A stretch of DNA of 64,000 bases from Paramecium tetraurelia (lineage: Eukaryota). The notes under the pieces were generated by a model. That model saw only the letters and a program-made list of their open reading frames with translations, made no database searches and was not told where the DNA came from. Positions 26,173 through 38,400 of the stretch are shown one piece after another. A program made the position numbers and the translations under genes. Each line of letters starts with the position of its first letter. Position 1 is the stretch's first letter. Location of the stretch: assembly GCA_000165425.1 (NCBI GenBank), contig CT868207.1, forward strand, positions 62,001 to 126,000, given 5' to 3'.

Positions 26173-29026
26173 ATGAAAAGTGTATAAAAGCCAACGCAGA
26201 TCTCAGCAATGACTAGGCAATTTTCTGTATCTAAAGATATGGGAAATTTTTCTATGTAATCTCCGGATAAATAAATCTATTGCCCAAAAACATAATCATA
26301 AGCCAAGATTCAATAATATGGTCCATCCCCTTATATATAATCACCTCAATTTGATGCTAAATAAGTAAGTTAAAATAACATTATGATTTAACCTTCTCCG
26401 CCTTAAAAATTAGAAAATTCCTATCAATACAAACCTAGTATAAAAAATGGGTCAATTACAAATGATATCTTTAAACCAAATAACCAATAAGAAGCTATTA
26501 AATCTTAGAATGAATTTAAGCCTTCCTATGAAACTTATAAATATGAGTACAACAAAACATTTGCTGGAACTTTTTAAAGTGATGCAAATAAAGAATAAAT
26601 AACTGAAAGAAAAAGCAATACCTCAAAAAAAGATGGATCTACTCATATTGATTAAAAGGAAAATTACTAACAATTTTAGGCAAAGTCTCCATTCACAGAC
26701 AATCATCCAACCGTGGGCAACAGCAGATTATCTTCACAAAATATTAACCTAATGTAATCTAAACCAAAGATTTAAACTGAAATTTATCGAATTTCAGGTG
26801 CTTTGAGAGATTTAATGTCCTCTATCCAGAAGATGATGGGTGATGGTAAACTACCAGATTAAATTAATGATAAAATGATTGAAATTTTAGCAAATTTTAG
26901 AAAATTAGAAGAAATAGCTAATAGTGAGCCCATGCCTGCATCAGATAATGATTCAAAGATTTCCACAATGGCTGAAGATTATAACAAATTAAAAACTATT
27001 TTGGAGTAATTACAAACTAAAATGACTGCATTAGTTTAAGAGAATTAAAAAGTATATAATATTATTTATTTTTAGTTAAATAAAAATTTAATTGAATAAG
27101 AACAAAAAGTAACTGAGGAAATTAAGAAAAAATTATTAGCTGAGGAAAAGGCAAATCAAGCCAATAAAGAATTTAATCGAGTCTTTGAATGCCTTCAAAT
27201 AAATTAAAAGGAAAATGAAGAACTAAAAAATAAACTTATTTCATAAGATAGCTTTAAGAATTTATCAATTTAAACTAGTAATAGAGTTTAAATGGATGAA
27301 ATTAATAATTATAAAATGAAAAATCAATAACTCCAAAATGAACTTGAATAATTAGAAATGAAATATAAGCAATTATTAACAGAGAAGAATAATTAAAAAG
27401 AGATCCCTAAGTCACCATCAATCCTTAAATCAATCCATTCGAGTAGTACAAAGTAATCAGAATAATTGGAGTTAAAATTACTTTAACTTTAAATAGAGAA
27501 TGACAATTTAAAAGCAGAAATGGCTCATAATCAAGTGGACTCTAAAGTCATAGACAGCAAGAATGATATGATTTAGAAATTGGAAGACAAAATTAAATCA
27601 ATTCTAAAAGAAAAGAGTATATCTGAGGAGTAATCCATATAGATTTGCCATAACCTTGAGATTATGAATGAGCAATTAAAGAATGGGCTTTAAAACAAAG
27701 AAAGCGAAGTATCAAGCCTATTAAAATAAAAAAATGAGTCAGAAAGGGATCATAGAAATTAGATTAATTACTTAAATTAAATGTTAAAAGGAACAGAGGA
27801 TAAGGTTTAGGTAGCAAAGCAAGATTACTAAAAACTATTAGATGAATTTAAATAAATTGACCTTAGAAAAAGTAAGTTGCAAGAAGATTTAAGGAATTCT
27901 GAAAAGAAACTTGATTAATTAAATCAAGAATTAGCCTTTACAAAAGGGGAATTAAAGAAATCTAGTGATAGAAATCATTAGTTTTAAGCATAGCATGATC
28001 AAATGAATTAGTAATTATAACAATAATCATAATTATAATAACAATTACTTTAACAAATTGATGGATTAAAATAAAGTGAATAATAAATTAGAATGGAATA
28101 TGAGAAACTTGAAAAATAAATGTAGGCTGTAAAATCTGAGATGAAATATCAGGTTACAGAATTAAATGAGATGATATCATTGCAAGCAAGAAAAACATAA
28201 GAGAAGGAAAGATAACTCAATGAATTAATTGAAGAAATGGGTGGAATGAGAGATTAATATGAAGTCTAAAAGAAAGTCTGCCAAGAAAATGTAAATGATC
28301 TTGAAAGAAGATTAAAAAATTAAAGACTGCAATAAGAAGAACTTCTATAAGTGAAAGAACAAGAAATTCTGGACTTAAAATAAACAATGGACTAACAAAT
28401 AAAAATGTTAGATAAGAGAAATGCCTTATCCTCCTTTGACTACGATTAACGGGAATAACAACTCTAAGCAGAACTTTTGAGTAAGAATGATTAAATTGAG
28501 GGTTTGAAATCAGAGGTTGAGAAGGTGAGAAGCAATAATTTTAATATTCAAGAAGAATTATTAAGATAAGGAATGCAATTAAATCAACATTAAGCTACTA
28601 TTGCCAATTATAAAAATGAGTTGACTCAATCTAGATAAGAATAACAACATTTAAGTGAGATGTTAAAAAAGAGAAAGGAAGAAACAGAGTAATTGCATTA
28701 AAATTTGGAAGAGATGAGGAGAGAATTGTAAAGCAAGAAAATGTCTGATGATAGCAGGAGTAAATATTTTAATTTATCAATTTCTAGGATCAGTTTTGAG
28801 ACAATAGGATCTTTAGATTGCTTTAGAAAATCTATCCAGAGAGAATTTGAGTTTACAATAAAAAATAAATGGATTGTCTAATGAAATGAATAGAAAATCA
28901 AGAGAACTGTCTGAAAGAAATGAAGAATATCAAATATTAAAAAGAAAGTATGATGAAACTGTTGCAAATTTGGAACGACTAGAGAAGAGATGGGGAGAAA
29001 AGATAGATTTACATAGAAAAAATTGA
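26173..29026 (+). CDS. Large coiled-coil protein of unknown function
   Basis: Long ciliate-code ORF rich in E/K/Q/L heptads. Two tiny introns near 27052-27075 and 28761-28787. Confidence 0.75.
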
Positions 29027-29061
29027 ATTATAATTATTTATAACTAGTTATGATGCATAGA

Positions 29062-29643
29062 TCAAATTTCTAATTTATCGAATAGTTCTTTATTATAAAT
29101 ATTATTCCATGAAGTTGGAAACGATTAGTTTAGCAAGTAATTCTAGATTATCTTAATCTATTATTTCATCTTATTGATATTATTTGATTTAATTCCAAAC
29201 TCTTCTGCAAGTTTTTTAAGGTTGCTAGTATCATCAAGATCATTGAATAGATCTCCAACATCAGATTTATAACTAAAATAATTAAACAATTCTTTCTTGA
29301 TTTTAGTGTCATTTTCTTAAAGATGAGGAATGAATTCTTGATAGTCATTAGTTTAAATGTATACTTCTTAATTTAACGTAATTTAATCTTAATGTGAATC
29401 ATTTGGTAATTTGTAGATTAACATAGGAATATTTGGTTAGTCGCTATGTTAGTAAAAGGAGTTTAACTTAATTGATAATTCTCTCAATTTATCCTCTATC
29501 AACTATCTTTTCATCTCTAAGTCGGAGATGGTATTGCTAAGATTAGAGTGCTCTGATCTAAGTTGTTCGAGTGATTCAATAGAATCTTTAGTATTGACCA
29601 TCATGCTGTTTCCAACTTTTTTGTTTTTAAATAGTTTAGGCAT
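29062..29643 (-). CDS. Hypothetical protein (193 aa)
   Basis: Intron-free 582-nt ORF, MPKLFKNKKVGNSMMVNTKDSIESLEQLRSEH...WNNIYNKELFDKLEI-TGA. Confidence 0.7.
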
Positions 29644-29681
29644 AGTAATTATAAATAATTATAAATTTATAATCTATTTTT

Positions 29682-32600
29682 ATGGCTGAAGCTAGATTTT
29701 CAGAAATTGATAACCAATTTGCTGGAGGTTTGGATTTCTAAAAAATAGCTAAATTGGATAAATTGTTATCAAAGGTGGATCATGATTTCAAGCAAAAATA
29801 ATCAAAAGATCTAACAAAGCCAAAATTAATGGAATTAATGAAAACAATGCATGAAATCTATTAAATAGTTTTATATGAGATTAGCGAAATGCTAGAAGTC
29901 GCACACTTCAGTGAATTGAGATAAACTTTGAATAAAATTTATAATGGCTAGAATTTGATTGTTCATTATATATTAAAGTAAGTATATATATCCAAAACAT
30001 AGAATAAATACTAATTTTGAGGTGTAACCTGATAAAATGCTTGAAAGTTTATAGAAAAATATGATATAGGCAAGAAGAAAATCTGTTGATTAATCTGAAG
30101 AAAGAGAAACTAATAAAATGGCTCATTAAATAGTGTAACTGTAACCTGTGGTTAAGAAGATGGTTAAGAAAGTATTTGAAGAAAAAGGGACTGATACTGG
30201 AGAAGATATGAAAAATGCTAGGAATCAAGATCATCTTATGAAAAAGTAAAAGGAATTAATGGATATTTAAGATGATTTAGATGAGGACAGTTAAAAGATA
30301 TCTGAATTCTTAAAAAATAGAAAACTTGATTTAATGGCAGTAGGAGAATCTAAGGCATAAGCCAATTTGAAAGAAGTCTTGAAAGACTTAGGGAAAAAAA
30401 GAAGAATTACAAATGAAATTGACGATGAGGCGGCAGAAATTGAAGAGTAATAACAGAAAGAGAGAGAACAGATATTTAATTTAGAAAACACACTTATGGA
30501 TAGCATTAGAGGAGTGTAGAAATAAGCTTAAGAAAAAGCAATACAAGATATTAAAGCGGGTAGAGCATTGATGAAGAATGGATAATTAGTTTACATGGAA
30601 GGAGTGGCAAGTTAGACTGATAAAATGAAAATTGAAATTGAATTCTAGGAAAAGATGTAGTAGCATAGAAAAGAAGGAGCAGAGAGAGAATCCAAGATCT
30701 TATAGTTAGAGAGAAAGGTCAAGGATTTAGGGATTGAAAAAGAAGCTTACATTCAATAATTGAGCAATATTAATAATTAGTTGACAAAAGCAAATTTGGA
30801 AAGTAGGAAGTTATAGGAATAATTGAAATCAAAAGAAAAGGCTAGTGGTGAATAATAAGCTGTTATTAATAAAACTGATTCAGAAAAAATAAAAAAATTG
30901 GTTGAAGATAATATAAAGATGAAGTTCAGAATAAAGAATCTTATAGATAGTGTGGCAGGATTAGAGAAGGAGTATAATAGAAGTTTAGAAAGATTTAGAT
31001 TGTTTATTTAGAATTCTAATATAAGTGAAGATTAAAAGAAATTGATTTTGAACTCATTGGACAATCTATTGAGGTTTGATTTTAACGAGAAATTAAATTT
31101 ATAAGAGATGAAAGAATTAATGGTAGTGGATGATTTACTGAAAGATCCTCTATTTAAATAGATCTGCGGATCTGATATTTCTGCTATAACTAGATAAGTT
31201 AAAAAGGATGAATTAACTAGAAAATAAAAATTGGCAAAAGTGCCATTCTATGATCCTTTGTTCGATGCTGAATTTCTAAATCCGGGGGAAAAAATAATCA
31301 CAAGGAAAGTTATGAAGTTGGTCAAAAGGTAAAATAGTTAAGGAGAATGGGTAGACGAAGAGATGGAAGTAGAAGAGGAAGTTGTTGTAAATGCTTAAGG
31401 TGAAGAGTTAAGGGCTAGAGATAAACCAATTATGGTTTAATAATCAAAATAAACTTAATAATTTTTAGACTAATTTGGTGGCTTTGCTGTTGGAGGGGCT
31501 AAAATAAAGATACCAACAAAGCCTATTACTAAGGATGGTCGTTAAGTACAATTAAATGAATGGTTTGAAGACAGTTCAGGTAAAAAAGTGAGGAAAGTTT
31601 AAGCCAAAGATGGAGAAGAGACCTATGAAGTACAAGAAGAGTATATAGATGAGAACGGAAAAAAATAAATAAGGATAAAATAAATGAAAGTTAGGAAAGA
31701 TAAGAATGGAAATGATTATGTTGAAGAGGAGTTTGTTGATGAAAAGGGTAGAAAACAAAAAGTGGCTAAAGTATAGATATAATAATAAAATTTAGAGAGT
31801 TACCAAAGACAAAGATGGTAATGAGATTATTGAAGAAATCACAATTGATGAATAGGGTAATAAAACAACCAAAAAGTAAAAGGTTTATAAGGATAAAGAT
31901 GGTAATGAGGTTGTAGAAGAGGAGATAACTGATTAGTTTGGAAATGTAACATCAGTCAAAAGAAAGATTGTCAGAGACGCTCAAGGAAATTAAGTTATTA
32001 TAGAAGAAAGAACTGATGCAAAAGGAAATAAAACTATTGCTACTATTAAAAAGAATTAATTTGGATAAGATATCATTTAGGAATAAATTATAGATAAAAA
32101 TGGAAAAATATAGCAAGTGGAGAAAAAAATTGTAGTGGAAAATGGAATTGCTATAACAGAAGAAGTTGTATTGGATGAAAATGGAAATAAGATTATAAAA
32201 AGAACTAAAATCAAGAAAGATGAAAATGGAAATGATATTATCGAAGAAGAGACTATCAATCCTGATGGAACTATAACTATCAAAACATCTAAAAAGAAAA
32301 AGAATCCTGATGGAACCTTTACTATTGAAACAGAAATCATGGACTAAAATGGAAATGTTACTGTTGTTAAGCAACGTTAATATAAGGATAAAAATGGAAA
32401 CATCATTACTGAAGAGGAATCTGTTGATCCTTAAACAGGAGCCAAGATTATTACTCGGACTTAGAAAGACTAAAATGGAAAGGAAATAGTTTAAAAATAA
32501 ATAGTTGGGGCTGATGGAAAAATAACAAACACTCAAAAACAAGTCTAAATGGATAGAGATGGAAATCCAATTGAAGTTGAAATCATTAAGGGAGATAATG

Positions 32601-33683
32601 GGTAATAGTAAACTGTGTAGAGGAAAGCCTATAAAGATAGAAATGGAAACGAAATCAATGAAGAAATCATTACAGATGAATAAGGAAATAAAAGATTGAT
32701 TAAGACAAGAGTCTTCAAAGATAAAGATGGAAATAATATTATCGAAGAAGTAACTACAAATGCTGATGGAAGTAAAATGACAGTAAAGAAAAAGTAATAT
32801 AAAGATAAAGATGGATTAGAAATTACAGAAATAGAAACTATTGATGCAAATGGAAATAAGGTTGTCATTAGAACTAAAAAAGGATAAAACGGAGAATAAA
32901 TCATAGAAGAGACTAGAATTGGAAAGGATGGTAAGGTTGAAAAAATAATCAAGAAATTTAATAAAGATAAGAATGGTAATATAGTTGTGGAGGAAACTAA
33001 AATTTCTTCGGATGGAACTAAGACTGTGAAAATCATTAAATTAGGAACAGAAGATAGAGAAATTTAGACTGAAGGAATCTTTGATTTTAGTGATAAGTCA
33101 TAGTCATTATTAGATTAAATTTTAGAGCAGTTGGGTAATCTGGGATTGGAAAAAAGTAAGTAAGAATAAATTAGAAATTGGGTAATGATTAAATAACAAA
33201 TTTAAATTAAAAGAACAACAAAATAATAATAATAAATGTAATAACATGATTCTGATGAGGAAGTTTTAAAACCAAGACCTTCATCTGCTTAATCTAACTA
33301 ATCCTTAGATTCTTTGGATGAAGATCAACCAGAAGAAGATTAATCAGACAAACTTTATTAAAGATTAATGCAATCAAAAAATGGATAAATGGGGGAAATG
33401 CTGAGATAAATTAGAAATTAATTGGGAAAGCAAGGTATATATCCATAAAATTATTTTTATAGGTAATGAGCAAATCTCCATCGAAGAATTCAGAGAATAT
33501 ATGAAAAAGATGAGATAAATTCATGCTCGTTGTGGGGATAATTGTCCACATTTAAGAAGGTTCTATGAAAAAATTGGTTTTGCTACAAGAAAGTATAAGA
33601 GAAGGTTTTTAAAAATGAACTTGACTAAAATGGATGCGAAGACTAAACTTCCATAACTATAGAATTTTAGTACAATAAAATGA
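29682..33683 (+). CDS. Large protein: N-terminal coiled coil, long D-x-[DN]-G beta-hairpin repeat region, C-terminal His/Cys motif
   Basis: Starts MAEARFSEIDNQFAGG. Repeats such as KDKDGNEIIEEITIDEQGNKTTKKQKVY. C-terminal HARCGDNCPHLRRFYEKIGF. Tiny introns include 31771-31795. Confidence 0.8.
31561..33045 (+). repeat. Degenerate coding tandem repeat, about 14-15 aa per strand-plus-turn unit
   Basis: Recurrent GAT-AAA-[GA]AT-GGA-AAT motifs roughly every 42-45 nt. Translation gives 30 or more DxxG turns. Confidence 0.85.
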
Positions 33684-34013
33684 TATTAATAATATTATTA
33701 TATAATTTATTGACTACATAACTACCCTAGGATATTTTATTAAAATATGAGTATACAGATTACCACATGATAGGAATCTTTAATTATTTGCTCTATTATA
33801 AGATTATTGAAGAGTTGATACAATAACTTAACATTTATTCTTAATAATTATCGAACAACTTGTCATTATATTTCAGTCAATATGTAAAGAGAATTAAGTT
33901 ATAGAAATTTAAGTTGAATATGAGGGTAGATTTAAAAATATACTATTTGATTTATATTATTAAGGAATGAAATACTAAATATAACAACTATCTATAAATT
34001 TTAATTATCAATA

Positions 34014-34738
34014 ATGTAAAAATCCTAACTGATTAGAGTTTTAAGTGATTCTAATAAGTGCCCAACGCCTTTTCAGATGACAAGATAGTTAAGTTAAGAA
34101 ACTCTAACTGGATTCTCACAATGTTTATCAAATGATCGAGAACATGTTAGATTGTCTAGATAAGTTAATTAGTTAAAAAAAGAGAATGAAATATTATAAA
34201 TAAAAATAAAACAATTAGAACAATAGGATTTTAAAACAAAGATCGCAAGTCTAGAATAAAAGAATAAATAATTGGAAGTATAGTTAGATGCTTATAAAAA
34301 ATTGCCAATTGATCAAATAACCTCTTTGATTGATGACAACGAACGATTGACAAGCATGGTGGAGAATCAATCTAATAAAATTAAACAATTATTAACATAA
34401 ATAGATGAACTAAAGGAAACATCGTTTTAAAATGAAGGAAAAAATGACCTTATAATAGCAATGATTTAGGTATGAATTGCATTAAAACAATAAAGGAATT
34501 GGAAAACCAAAGACTATATGTTTAGGATGAGCATAAAAAGCAGAAAGCCTTGAACTAAGAGAAATAGATGATTTATATAGAACTTTAACTAGCCAAACAA
34601 TAGATTAAAGAATTAAACCAAGCTCTAGAAAGGATTAAGATGCAAAATTTAGAGAGTAGTGAGCCTTGTGATGTTCTGTATCAGGATTACTTAAAAAGTA
34701 ATGACGCAGTATTAAATTTCTTAAAACAATAATATTGA
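34014..34738 (+). CDS. Coiled-coil hypothetical protein; 5' structure unresolved
   Basis: Open coiled-coil frame from about 34050 (RLSRQVNQLKKENEILQ...) through an intron at ~34470-34495 to TGA 34736-34738. The start codon could not be joined cleanly. Confidence 0.55.
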
Positions 34739-34788
34739 TTAATAAAAAAAGATATAATTCCCAACATAAATTAAATTTAAATAAATTT

Positions 34789-35272
34789 ATGAATAACCAA
34801 GAAAGAACCTTCATCATGGTCAAACCAGACGGAGTCTAAAGAAGACTTGTCGGAAAAATCATTCAAAGATTCGAAGACAGAGGATTCAAACTTGTTGCCC
34901 TTAAATTCGTTGCTCCAGACTAAGGTCTTTTGACTTAGCACTATGCTGATTTGAAGGAAAGACCCTTCTTCCCAAGTCTTTTGAAATATGTCAGTTCAGG
35001 CCCAGTTGCCGCTATGGTTTGGGAAGGAAAGGATGGTAGAAATTATATTAATAAACGTAGCCGTCAAGACAGGAAGAGTCATGTTAGGTGAAACCAACCC
35101 ACTTGCTTCAAAGCCAGGCACAATCAGAGGAGATTTTGCTATTGACGTTGGAAGAAATGTAATTCACGGATCAGACTCAGTCGAATCAGCCAACAAGGAG
35201 ATCAGTTTATGGTTCTAACCTTAAGAATTGGTTGCCTGGAACACCAATGACCACGGATGGGTTTATGAATGA
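34789..35272 (+). CDS. NDK: Nucleoside diphosphate kinase (group I)
   Basis: [62 protein letters not shown]. Intron 35036-35060. Confidence 0.98.
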
Positions 35273-35404
35273 TGAATGTGTACAAAATAAAATAAATAAC
35301 AACTTAAAAGTCTGAAAGTGGTCCTTCAAATTTATTCTGTGTTACATTCTAAATACTTGATAAAGCAATAAATTTTAAGGATTTTATAAGTATATTGAAG
35401 ATGA

Positions 35405-38400
35405 TCAAATTCTTCTTAATATTTCATTTTATAACACAATAACGTCGCTAAGAATTTATTCCATTTTCGACATTTAATCAGTAAGATTAGCATCATCATT
35501 AACGCTTTCAGGAAACCAAGTAATATCATCTGACTCTAATTTGGCATGTATCCAATATTCTAGACCAGTGTACTCTGTCCATTCTTTTAATTTTAAGCAT
35601 TTCACATAGAAAATGTAATTCCACATATAATGCAACTGATGAGTGTGTTCATCGAATGATACATTCATCTTTTCCAAATCTGTTCTTGATGCTGCACAAA
35701 TGAAACATTTATTCTTGATATCTTCTTCTATCTTTTATCTCTAATCTCTTAATTCAGCAAAAGTGTCGATCATAATACCCTGTATGATGTTAGTGAAGAG
35801 CAATCCGAAGAAAACTGTGAATAGCATATCAAAAAAGAATTTTAAGGGGTCCCAATTGATCATGCTATTGCCAATCACCCCAGAAGTGATTAATGTTATC
35901 ATGCATGTAATTAATGAATTACAAGTTTCAGTTTGTTCTCCTTAATAGATATCATCGAAATAAACATTGAAACTTATCACAGAAAAGGCAAACACAAAAA
36001 GAATTCCCAACAGTCCAACTACAAATAGCTGTTTAGCATTATATGATATTGCTTAGAACACATTTTTTAGTAGTGAATTTCTACTAAATATTTCAACTAA
36101 ATGTATCACATAAAAATTTGAATTGAAAAACACTCCATAAAAGGATATTATGACCAAGAATAATAATATAAGACATGTTTCTTCTTTAAAGAATACTATA
36201 TAAGATAATAAGCTATCCTTCTTTTGACGATTCTTTTCTATTGCAATTGGTACTCTTTATAAGCTTACCATTATAAATAATGCAATTTACGAGAATAACT
36301 GACCCAAAGATAATAGATTAATTATCAGTTGGTTTATTTGATTTGAATATAAAAAATAGGTGTTCTCCTTGACCACAACAGTATAAAAAAATATCTAAAA
36401 TAATTAATAAGTAGTTACCATAGCTAAATTAATTAATACAGCAAAAGTAGATGCTAGATTTTATAATAAATCTAGATTTTACTAAGTAATTGGAATTCTA
36501 AAGTGATTTAGTTTATAATTGTGTTCTAATTCATAAAATAAAATCTCAGATTATGATAGCATTCCAACTAATTTATCTCGTTGTGTTTCTCTATTTACTG
36601 TAAATAATAACTCTTATTTTGTTTATTCTGACAGTAAATGAAAATAAGGATGAAATGGGAAAAATACTTTCATTTTTTTCCCTTAATAGATAATTTCAAT
36701 TTTATGGGTTAAATTTTACAATTTTTCAAATATTTTTGGAAGTTCTGGAAATTATTCCATTTTCTCTTAAAATTAAACAAGCCATTTATTGTCTGAATGC
36801 TAAGTCATTTGTTATTGGATGATACAAACATTCAAAATCTTTTACATTTCACTGTCGAATACTTTATCTTAAAGTTATAAAACCTATTCTAAATCTTATG
36901 AATTTGTAATATTCAAGGATTCCAAATTATTTTTTAGAAAGTTTATTAGAAATTGTGCTTCTAATTTATTGGATAAATCCCTATATATCTTTTCTTCATT
37001 TCCTTCTAAGACAGATAGAACTGCTTATAGAATTTTATTCTAAAGTTCCTATAATTCCTATAAATCTTCAGAATTTTCAAATAATCTTTAAATTTAATTA
37101 TTTTTATCATTAAAGAATTGCGCCATGTGACTTGCATCTTCAAAGAATGTTGTATTGCATAATGTAATTTGATTGTCAACACAAGGCAATTGGATAACTT
37201 CATTTACAAAGTCCAACATTGATTATGGAATTACAATAATAGCTTTAGATAGAATTTTAAAGTAAACCCTTAATTAGACACTAGCAAACTCAATGAAATT
37301 AGTTGATAATATTTTTGGATTATTCTTTTAATCTGTTTATTATCGTATATACTTTTTCATTTCCACATTATTATTCTCACAAAATAATTGCATAACTCTA
37401 AAAAATCTGCAAATGACATCTAAACACAACTTTTTAAATGCTGTCTCCTTAGCATCATCAGGATCAATAACATTCAGCCTTATCATAGTCTGAGTATCAA
37501 CATCGTAAAAGTCATAATTATCTACTGTCTAAATTAGTTCTGAGCTTTCGGATTATTCTTACGTGATGATGGAAAAATTATTATTTATGACTTAAGTTAA
37601 CTTACTAATTAACACTCGAAAGTTTGTTAATACAGTATTTTATTCATCTTTTTTAAGCTTCTCCAAAATGGCATTTTGAGCCTTTGTGTTTCCACCTAAC
37701 AAAAATGCTATCAAAAACAACAAGCACTCACTTAGTAAATCTAATCGAATCTCTAATTTCTATTCGGAGAAAAGTGCAATAACTAAATCAGCAGCTCCAC
37801 AATCAACCAAAAAGTTCTAAGCATTCTCAATCTCTTATTTATAATCAATCCAATATTCACTTGGCCATTAATCAACCTAGACTAATTAAATGCTATTAGC
37901 CTAATTCTTTTCAGTTATTAATTTACTTATCATTTTTAAAAAGAAGATTCTTAAATCATCTGTAAATTGGGCCTCATTCGAAATACTCATATGAATTATA
38001 TTTTAAATGTAATGTTTTAGAGATGTAACTTCAAACTTTGTTTAATAAGCCAGCATCGATTCTTAACCAATTGACAACATTTTCTTACACGCTTCTAGAA
38101 ATTCTTCCTCTAGAAATATTTAGAATGAAGAAGACAAACTCAATATATTAATGACTCTTTTCAGCTTATGATTGATTCTTTCATTCAAATCTTCTGGCTA
38201 TAAAGACGATCTCTTTGTATTTTTCCAATATTTAACCAAATTTCCTAAGGCTTATTTGCCTTGAGTAAATCTATCAACTGAAAAAATGGAATCTATAAGA
38301 CTTTTTTTATATTCCTCCTCATTATGTTAAAATCTACTTGTATTTTCAAGGGAATTCCGTATTTCTGAATCTATTGCTTCAGAGGAGATGATCAGGTTTG

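Noticed and set aside
31952..33036. Long hydrophobic minus-strand ORFs in the track (196, 87 and 135 aa) that resemble membrane proteins
   Set aside because: They are antisense shadows of the K/E/D/N-rich plus-strand repeat gene.
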